In this document: positions 57,126 through 64,000 of the stretch, in pieces
How positions within the stretch are numbered: the stretch's first letter is position 1
Layout of the letters: each line of letters starts with the position of its first letter
Origin: an uncultured Chitinophaga sp.
Lineage (GTDB): Bacteria > Bacteroidota > Bacteroidia > NS11-12g > UBA9320
Direction: 5' to 3'
Assembly: GCA_964355045.1 (NCBI GenBank)
Contig: CAYHCM010000002.1
Coordinates: 10,565 to 74,564 of the forward strand
Length of the DNA: 64,000 nucleotides
Translations under genes and position numbers: made by a program
The notes under the pieces: model-generated
The model's input: the letters and a program-made list of their open reading frames with translations, nothing else
Database searches by the model: none
What the model was told of the DNA's origin: nothing

Positions 57126-57455
57126 ATAATTTATCTTTATATTTAAATCAATGTTAATAAAATGTCTTTTAATTTTAAAATTTTCGGGAATGACATTTCA
57201 TAATACAAACCACGTCTAAAATTTAATTAAATACAAATCGAATGGTTCACAATTCGACATAATGGTTAAAAATAATAGTCCAGTGCATAAATTGGGTTTT
57301 AGTGCTCAATATAAAAATCTTTCCCATAATATTTTTATCTTCCCATTTATAGAAATTTTATTACACTAATTATCAACATTTTAATATTTTATTGAAAAAT
57401 ATTTTATTGTTTTTATAAATATTATATCTAACATTGTATTCGGAAATAATAAAAA

Positions 57456-58799
57456 ATGGACAAATTAAAAATATTTATTATTGAGGATGACCCATTTTAT
57501 GGGGAAATTATTCAATATAATTTATCGTTGAATCCAGATTTAGACGTGCAGCTTTTTGGTACTGCTGAGTCATTCTTTAAAAAATTAGATGAAAACCCTG
57601 ATTTAATAACCTTGGATTATTCATTGCCGGATATGACAGGTGAAGCGGTGTTGAAAAAAATCAAAAAAACACACCCTAATATTCCTGTGGTTGTTGTTTC
57701 GGGTCAGGAAGATTTGAAAACAGCCATTCAATTACTTAAAGATGGTGCTTATGACTACCTGATAAAGGACGAAGACACCAAAGACAGAATTTGGAACATA
57801 ATCAGAAATATCAAGGAAAACAGAGATTTAAGAGAAGAAATATCACATCTTAAAGATCAGATTTCGAAAAAGTTTGACTTTTCAAAAACTGTTATTGGAA
57901 ATAGCCCGGTTATGAAAAAGGTTTATACTTTGGTTCAAAAAGCGGCTAATTCATCCATAACATTATCTATAACCGGTGAAACAGGAACCGGAAAAGAAGT
58001 AATTGCTAAGGCAATTCACTTTAATTCAAAACTGAAAAACAAGCCGTTTGTAAGTGTAAATATTGCTGCAATACCAAAAGATTTGATTGAATCTGAGCTT
58101 TTTGGTCATGAAAAAGGGGCATTTACCGGAGCAATCGGACGCAGAATTGGAAAATTTGAAGAAGCTAACGGCGGCACCTTGTTTTTGGATGAAATTGGTG
58201 AAATGGATATTAATATGCAATCAAAACTATTGCGTGTATTGCAGGAAAAAGAAATAACACGGGTTGGAGGTAATCAGGAAATAAAGGTAAATTGCCGAAT
58301 AGTAGTGGCTACCCACAGAGACCTGACCGAAGAAATACGAAAAGGGAATTTCAGAGAAGATTTATACTACAGGCTTTTGGGATTACCTATTCAATTACCA
58401 CCTTTGCGAATGAGAGGCAATGATATCCTTTTGTTGGCTAAATATTTTATAGCAGATTATTGCAAGGAAAATGAGATTCCTAAATTATCACTTTCGCCTA
58501 CTTTGCAAAGCAAACTCTTAAAATACGAGTGGCCTGGTAACGTGCGTGAGTTAAAAGCTGTAATTGAATTGGCGTGTGTAATGGCCGATAATGAAACTAT
58601 TGAACCTGCACATATTGAATTTAGCAAAAATTATTCAATGGATACGATGTTGAATAAGGAAATGTCGCTCAGAGAATACAGCAACAATATTATTAAACAT
58701 TTTTTGCTTAAATACGGCGAAGATGTGGTAATGGTATCCAAAAAACTTAAAATCGGAAAATCAACCATTTACAGAATGTTACAAACAAAATCAATATAA
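57456..58799 (+). CDS. Sigma-54-dependent Fis-family response regulator (NtrC-like: receiver, AAA+ and HTH domains).
   Basis: Receiver 'IFIIEDDP…[13 protein letters not shown]'; Walker A 'GETGTGKEV'; 'GAFTGA' sigma-54 interaction motif; C-terminal HTH. Confidence 0.85.
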   Translation: MDKLKIFIIEDDPFYGEIIQYNLSLNPDLDVQLFGTAESFFKKLDENPDLITLDYSLPDMTGEAVLKKIKKTHPNIPVVVVSGQEDLKTAIQLLKDGAYDYLIKDEDTKDRIWNIIRNIKENRDLREEISHLKDQISKKFDFSKTVIGNSPVMKKVYTLVQKAANSSITLSITGETGTGKEVIAKAIHFNSKLKNKPFVSVNIAAIPKDLIESELFGHEKGAFTGAIGRRIGKFEEANGGTLFLDEIGEMDINMQSKLLRVLQEKEITRVGGNQEIKVNCRIVVATHRDLTEEIRKGNFREDLYYRLLGLPIQLPPLRMRGNDILLLAKYFIADYCKENEIPKLSLSPTLQSKLLKYEWPGNVRELKAVIELACVMADNETIEPAHIEFSKNYSMDTMLNKEMSLREYSNNIIKHFLLKYGEDVVMVSKKLKIGKSTIYRMLQTKSI

Positions 58800-58846
58800 A
58801 AAACTACTGCTGCTTAATAACTACTACTACATAAAATACACTAAAA

Positions 58847-59209
58847 ATGAACTCTTTTAATTTATTGACGATGGAACCCAAAATGTATAACCTTGAGCAA
58901 ATAGAAATGATGTCGGAAGGCAATAATGAATTTGTTGACAAAATGGTTAACTTGTTTATTGAACTTACACCTGAACTATTAAACAGAATAAACACGGGTT
59001 TGATAGAAAACGATTATGACGAAATAAAATCGGCAGCTCATAAAATGAAGCCTTCCATAGATATGATGGGAATAGTTTCATTGAAAAACGAAATTCGAAA
59101 TATCGAAAAATTGGCACTCGACAGAGTGGATGTTGTAACTATGAAAAACGCTATTGTGTATCTGGAAACTACGTTAGGTCAGGTAATTAACCAATTGAAA
59201 AATCGCTAA
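58847..59209 (+). CDS. Hpt (histidine phosphotransfer) domain protein.
   Basis: Four-helix size; putative phospho-His 'SAAHKMKPS' motif; adjacent to the NtrC-like regulator. Confidence 0.5.
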   Translation: MNSFNLLTMEPKMYNLEQIEMMSEGNNEFVDKMVNLFIELTPELLNRINTGLIENDYDEIKSAAHKMKPSIDMMGIVSLKNEIRNIEKLALDRVDVVTMKNAIVYLETTLGQVINQLKNR

Positions 59210-59218
59210 TTATTTTGA

Positions 59219-59947
59219 TTAAAGCAATAGGTTTTTATAGAGCTGAATAGTATTGTGAAGCCCTAAATACAAGCTGTCACATATCAAAGCATGACCAATG
59301 GAAACTTCAGCTAAACCAAAAATATTTCGTTTAAAATATTTTAAATTTTCCAGATTCAAATCATGACCTGCATTTATTCCTAATCCTAATTCATTGGCAA
59401 TTTTTGCCGCTTTACTATAATTCAAAATTGCTTTCTCAGCATTATGATGATAGTTTAAAGCATAAAATTCAGTATAAAGTTCAATTCTGTCTGTTCCCGT
59501 TTCCTTAGCCCCTACTACTTGCTCTTCATTTGGGTCTAAAAATAGTGAAGTTCTAATTCCTTTCGCCTTCAGTTCAGCAATTACTTCCTTTAAAAAGTCC
59601 TTATTTTTAATAGTATCCCAGCCGGCATTACTTGTAATGGCGTTGGGTTCATCGGGCACCAAAGTTACCTGTTCAGGTTTTATTTTTAATACCAAATCCA
59701 TAAAATCACGGGTTGGGTTTCCTTCTATATTAAATTCTGTGTAAACAACTTCTCTTAATTGTATTACATCCTCGTACCTAATATGCCTGCCATCAGGCCG
59801 GGGATGAACGGTTATTCCATCAGCTCCAAAGCTTTGACAATCCACAGCCACTTTTACAACATCCGGATTATTGCCGCCACGGGCATTGCGAAGTGTGGCT
59901 ATTTTATTAATGTTTACGCTTAGTTTCGTCATTTTTAAGAAGTTCAA
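59219..59947 (-). CDS. pdxJ: Pyridoxine 5'-phosphate synthase; the start is probably 'MTKLSVNIN…' at 59932.
   Basis: '[17 protein letters not shown]…PDVV…A…[16 protein letters not shown]' PdxJ signature. Confidence 0.85.
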   Translation of the reverse strand: MNFLKMTKLSVNINKIATLRNARGGNNPDVVKVAVDCQSFGADGITVHPRPDGRHIRYEDVIQLREVVYTEFNIEGNPTRDFMDLVLKIKPEQVTLVPDEPNAITSNAGWDTIKNKDFLKEVIAELKAKGIRTSLFLDPNEEQVVGAKETGTDRIELYTEFYALNYHHNAEKAILNYSKAAKIANELGLGINAGHDLNLENLKYFKRNIFGLAEVSIGHALICDSLYLGLHNTIQLYKNLLL

Positions 59948-59949
59948 AA

Positions 59950-62010
59950 TTACATAAACCCATAACTTATCAGCAGATTAATTTCATGTAATTTATTTGA
60001 ATTTACAGTTGTATATCCGCTGCCAATAGTTTGCCGGTCGTAATAAGTTGTAAAGGCATAGCGGCATTGAAGAAACATATTTTTGTATTTGTATTTTGTT
60101 AAAGCATAAAATTTGGTTCCGGAACCACTAAAACCGGGAACCGACCATGAATATAAAACATCGTTCTCAGCGGCATAAATTCTGGCATTAAAATCCTTTA
60201 TATTAAAAAATGTAACGCGGGTTGAAATAGAAATTGGGGAATTTAATTGACGATAAACAAAATCCAGATACATCAAATTTCCGGTTTGGATTTTATTTTC
60301 AGGAGTCATATATTTTGAAAATTCAAGTCGCGATTTTAAAGTAACATTTGGCAAAATTTTAAACTCGGCATGAAATCGCACATTGCTTTTTTCGGTCCAA
60401 TTCAAGCCATTGAAATTCCCTAAATCCGTATTTTTTAATTCTTGCTTTGTCCTCAGTCTCACATACATTACCGAAGTTTTTGTTGGTTTAAAATTGAGTT
60501 CTGTTAAATAGTCAATCCCGTTTCCCCTACCATCCACATAATAACTATACCAAGGCATTTTATAGCTATCCACAAAACCCGAAAATGTTAGTTTTTTGGA
60601 AGGCTTAATATTAAACCCAACATAGGTTCCCCGTTCATTATTAGGGTTGCTGTTTTCGGAAAAAGCATTTGTATTGTACCAAATAAATTGTTTGAAATAA
60701 TACCTGTTCACTATTACCAAATCTATCGTACTACCCAAGCTTATATAGGCTCCGGCAATATATCCGTTAGCTGTATTGGTTCCTGTGGTGGCTTCGCCAA
60801 AAAGATTTATGTTTTTAAAATAATAGTCAAAATGAAGGCCGGTTTTAAAAAACTGTTTCCCTTGAAAATAATAGCGGTTATAAATTTTATCATCTAATGT
60901 TAATGACTTGTCAAAGGAATTGAAAACATTTGTGAAACCAAGCATCAGGTTTTTTGCTCTGTAATTAAAGTTTTGCCCAATAAGGGTTTTAGTAACATTT
61001 TTTTCTTTGCTAATTTCCAAATCAGTTCGGTGATAACCATCGGTTACAAATGACTTTGTTATAGTTTCTAAACCAGCTTCCATATTTATAGTATCCAAAT
61101 TTCCATCAATTTTATTTCTGGAAATAAACGTGGTGGATTCAAAATTTTTATACCCCAACGTTATTCCGCCTCCTCTTAAAAATTCGTTTTCGTTAAACGA
61201 ACGGTATGGTCTCAATCCTGTATTAAATCGTTTTACATTTAATACCAAAGCCGATTTTCCAAATCCCAAACCACTTGCCATTGTAAGGCCCTGGCCAAAT
61301 GCCACCTGAAAATCACCTAAGGCTATTTTTCTTATAAAGCCTTTTTTATTTATAAAAAAATGTGCCGAATAATAATCAAATCCCTGCCTGTTGCTATTAA
61401 TAAAAAAATCTTCGCCTTCATCTTTTTCAGCATTAAAACCATATTGAACTGCATTTTTATAATTAGCACTAAACCTAATCTGGTAGCGGTATGGTGACCC
61501 CGGATAATACAAAGTTGAATCATTAGTTAAGGTTTTAAAACCCTTGCTTATTGGTCGGGAAGTTGAGAACAATCCTGTAATATTTTTTTGGGCCTTTATG
61601 ATGTGTTGTCCTAAATTTTTAAAATCCAAATTAGCTTCCACAACCGTTAGCAACGGAATCAATAATTTTAAAATTTCCAAAGGAATTTCATCAATCGTTT
61701 GAAGTTCTAATGGAGAAGCAAAATTGCCAAATTCAATACGATGCTTAATAATGGCCCGCACTTGAAGCGGAGTTAAAATATCTAAGGAAAGTAGTTCAAA
61801 GGATGTAGCTTTATTAAGATTCAGTTTATTATTTATTCCAAAATTTACCTGATCGGCCAAATCGTTGTAATCGCCCGTTTGGTCGGTATTTTCAATATAT
61901 TTTTCAAGTCTTTTTAACTGTTCCTCATCCGATTGTGCCTTGGCAAAAATTATATTTCCGAGAACAAAAATCAGAAACAAAATCCATTTATGATTTCTCC
62001 GGTTTTGCAT
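59950..62010 (-). CDS. Hypothetical 686-aa secreted or outer-membrane protein with an N-terminal helix-hairpin-helix (ComEA-like) segment.
   Basis: Signal peptide; '[42 protein letters not shown]' HhH motif; C-terminal region rich in beta-strand alternation, ending in an aromatic F. Confidence 0.45.
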   Translation of the reverse strand: MQNRRNHKWILFLIFVLGNIIFAKAQSDEEQLKRLEKYIENTDQTGDYNDLADQVNFGINNKLNLNKATSFELLSLDILTPLQVRAIIKHRIEFGNFASPLELQTIDEIPLEILKLLIPLLTVVEANLDFKNLGQHIIKAQKNITGLFSTSRPISKGFKTLTNDSTLYYPGSPYRYQIRFSANYKNAVQYGFNAEKDEGEDFFINSNRQGFDYYSAHFFINKKGFIRKIALGDFQVAFGQGLTMASGLGFGKSALVLNVKRFNTGLRPYRSFNENEFLRGGGITLGYKNFESTTFISRNKIDGNLDTINMEAGLETITKSFVTDGYHRTDLEISKEKNVTKTLIGQNFNYRAKNLMLGFTNVFNSFDKSLTLDDKIYNRYYFQGKQFFKTGLHFDYYFKNINLFGEATTGTNTANGYIAGAYISLGSTIDLVIVNRYYFKQFIWYNTNAFSENSNPNNERGTYVGFNIKPSKKLTFSGFVDSYKMPWYSYYVDGRGNGIDYLTELNFKPTKTSVMYVRLRTKQELKNTDLGNFNGLNWTEKSNVRFHAEFKILPNVTLKSRLEFSKYMTPENKIQTGNLMYLDFVYRQLNSPISISTRVTFFNIKDFNARIYAAENDVLYSWSVPGFSGSGTKFYALTKYKYKNMFLQCRYAFTTYYDRQTIGSGYTTVNSNKLHEINLLISYGFM

Positions 62011-62830
62011 TTATTGGCCAAAAAGTTATTCCTCCGGCTGAGGTAGCATTGAGATACGGATGCATGGCAAAAGCTATATGAATACTAATATTTTTTGCAA
62101 AATAGCTGATTCCAAAACTTGCGTTTACAGGCTTATTATATGCTCCGACCATAATTTTCAAATTTTTTGAAACCTGATAATTTATCCCAATTTTCAAGTT
62201 GCCATCACTGTTCATAATTTGATTCCATTCGGCTGCAATAGTCAGTTTTTTATTAGCATTGTAAAAAAGGGAACTGTTGGTAATAAAGGGCAAACGTTCG
62301 TCATTATATCTCGCCAAAGGCACTCTGGCAGGATTGATAACTTGAAAAGCAAAATCAAAATTAGAATTGAAGGAGCTATAAATTCCAGCTTCAAAAGTTA
62401 GCAAATGTTTTACAGAATAGCTTTCTTTGGGCAATTGTATCCGCAAATAATCTAAACTTATCCCGCCGCCAAATTGTGATGAAAATTTTTTGGCCAGCGA
62501 TAATTTTAGTAGCCCTTCATTGTAATATTGATTGCCAAAAAAACTATAGCCTATTCCAAAAGTTTGGGTTTTGTTTAATTTATAATTTGCTGCAAAACAA
62601 GCATGGTTTAATCCTTCCACAAAATATTGGGATTGAAAAGAAATTGAAAAAGAATTTTGCTTTGCAAATGCCAAACTTCCCTGATGATTGTAAGCTGCAA
62701 AAGGGTCGGTTTTAAAGGCTGAGATAGTCCCTAGCCCAATTGCCACAGGACCTTGCGTAGTAGGAAAAATAGTTGCCTTAGCCTGAAAAGCAAATAAAAC
62801 CAAAATCCATAAGACTTTGTTTGCAGACAT
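61988..62830 (-). CDS. Hypothetical outer-membrane beta-barrel protein (280 aa); overlaps the downstream gene by 23 nt.
   Basis: Signal peptide; alternating hydrophobic pattern; ends in 'F' like OM beta-barrels; a possible PorP/SprF-like relationship could not be confirmed. Confidence 0.4.
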   Translation of the reverse strand: MSANKVLWILVLFAFQAKATIFPTTQGPVAIGLGTISAFKTDPFAAYNHQGSLAFAKQNSFSISFQSQYFVEGLNHACFAANYKLNKTQTFGIGYSFFGNQYYNEGLLKLSLAKKFSSQFGGGISLDYLRIQLPKESYSVKHLLTFEAGIYSSFNSNFDFAFQVINPARVPLARYNDERLPFITNSSLFYNANKKLTIAAEWNQIMNSDGNLKIGINYQVSKNLKIMVGAYNKPVNASFGISYFAKNISIHIAFAMHPYLNATSAGGITFWPINAKPEKS

Positions 62831-62928
62831 TAGGTCTGCAATAAACGAAAAAGAATTTGATTTGGGAAAAAATGTTGATTTTAAACCTCCAAGGTTTTTT
62901 TAAACCTTGGAGGTTTTTATATATTTCC

Positions 62929-64000
62929 TTATAGCGAATACCTAATATACCATCCAAACCCTTTACTTTGAAAACGGCTGTAGTAATTGGCAAAATTCGA
63001 ACCCAATTGTTGATTAAAATTGAAACTGCCTCCCACTTGAAATTTATGGTTCAACTGATAGCCGGCCATAAGTTGGCCTGAAGTATTTACATTAAATTTT
63101 TTCAATTTTTCTACTTCATTTAAACCGCTTAAACCGGAATTAATAAATGTGCCTTTTAAATTATAAAGCCACATAAAATCGGCACCCGCACGTACCGAAA
63201 ATCGTAGGCGATTTAATGAATACTGAAACGAAATTTTTAAAGGAATCTGTATCCATTGAAATTCAACTTGGTTAACCTCGCCTTTTAATTGTTCTGAGCG
63301 CTTATAAATTGTATCCTGGTATTCTAAAATATACGAATAATAACCGCCTTGGTAAGGGATTGAATCTCGAATCATCCTATATTTTGTAAGTGTGGTTTTA
63401 ATAAAATGAAAGTGATTTGTATCGGTAAAATAATTTGTTTTTACAGAAGCTGTACTATATCCAACTCCGGTGATAAGACCTATACCGCCTCGTTGCAACA
63501 TTACATTTATTAAATATCCGTTTGAGTTTTGAGGTTTTTCGTATTGATTTTTAAATTCCAATTGCTCCTTAGGCAAGCCATTTAATTGCTGTTTTAATAA
63601 AATGGAATACCGATTTTCAAATTCAATAGTAGTAGCAAATTTTCGTTTTTCAGGATCCTTGATTTTTGGGTTTAGTTCAGGGTTTTTATTAAAATTAGCA
63701 TAGGGAAAAGAATGTAAAGATTTGGATAAAAGGGCAATTTCCATAAATTTTTTGATTTCTGAAACAGGACTAATTGCATCAGATTCCTTTGTTAGAACTA
63801 TAGGCTCTATAGGAGGTGTTATTTCAATTTTTACTTGTGGTTTTTCATCTGCATTAATTTCAAATTCTTTTTTTGAGTCTGATTCTTTATTGATTACTAT
63901 CGCTGACTTTTCATCCTTTTTTTGCAGTGATGCTGAACTATTATTTACCAATTTAGTTTCATTATCAGTAAGCGGTTTGGCATCATTTTCATTCTTTTTA
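62929..64000 (-). CDS. Hypothetical outer-membrane beta-barrel protein, 5'-partial: the frame is open to the window end.
   Basis: C-terminal 'FGWYIRYSL' beta-barrel-like terminus; no stop when the reading frame is extended through nt 64000. Confidence 0.4.
   Translation of the reverse strand, partial: KKNENDAKPLTDNETKLVNNSSASLQKKDEKSAIVINKESDSKKEFEINADEKPQVKIEITPPIEPIVLTKESDAISPVSEIKKFMEIALLSKSLHSFPYANFNKNPELNPKIKDPEKRKFATTIEFENRYSILLKQQLNGLPKEQLEFKNQYEKPQNSNGYLINVMLQRGGIGLITGVGYSTASVKTNYFTDTNHFHFIKTTLTKYRMIRDSIPYQGGYYSYILEYQDTIYKRSEQLKGEVNQVEFQWIQIPLKISFQYSLNRLRFSVRAGADFMWLYNLKGTFINSGLSGLNEVEKLKKFNVNTSGQLMAGYQLNHKFQVGGSFNFNQQLGSNFANYYSRFQSKGFGWYIRYSL

Noticed and set aside
1-64000. tRNA, rRNA and CRISPR scan of all intergenic regions.
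   Set aside because: No GTTCGAATC-type T-arm with matching acceptor stems, no rRNA-like conserved blocks and no regularly spaced identical direct repeats with unique spacers were found. The regular repeats present are the 14-bp tandem, the REP 24-mers and the 7-bp AAATTTC x4, all contiguous and without spacers.

Overview
AT-rich Bacteroidetes-type chromosomal window. The lineage call rests on three things seen in the sequence: T9SS C-terminal sorting domains of both type A and type B, TonB-dependent receptor/HmuY-like and DUF3822-rsmD gene pairs, and weak Shine-Dalgarno regions. Housekeeping genes are recognisable at both ends: nadE (partial), coaD, pyrE, nif3 with its zinc-ribbon partner, anmK, a Glu/Leu/Phe/Val dehydrogenase, fbaB, accD, gcvH, rsmD and pdxJ. 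The centre is an accessory block. It holds a nest of degraded IS elements (IS1595-like, IS5-like and a third DDE transposase fragment) next to a single 15.3-kb gene for a 5109-aa secreted T9SS giant protein. That protein has a GEVED-like N-terminus, three paralogous beta-helix modules of roughly 1000 aa each, about 16 PKD repeats and a type-A CTD. Downstream on the minus strand lie an M23 peptidase and two tandem ~130-aa proteins that consist of little more than a signal peptide plus a type-B T9SS CTD. After these come an uncharacterised two-gene cassette and a HmuY-like lipoprotein with its TonB-dependent receptor. Other things worth a look are a REP/RAYT locus in which the RAYT gene is split by its own REP array, and a cluster of small uncharacterised proteins, one with a zinc-finger N-terminus plus TPR repeats and one strongly acidic. 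Three response-regulator-type genes have no kinase in the window. Several families of small dispersed repeats are visible. One is a 12-mer AT-rich direct-repeat motif (AAATCGTAAATCTAAAATCGTAAA) sitting directly upstream of five start codons. One is a 25-bp perfect palindrome that recurs at two gene ends. One is a MITE-like element with ~20-bp terminal inverted repeats. The last is a GA-rich 'GAGACACAGAGA' family plus a 14-bp tandem repeat. No rRNA, tRNA or CRISPR array was recognised. All functional calls rest on motif and architecture recognition by eye, not on database searches.
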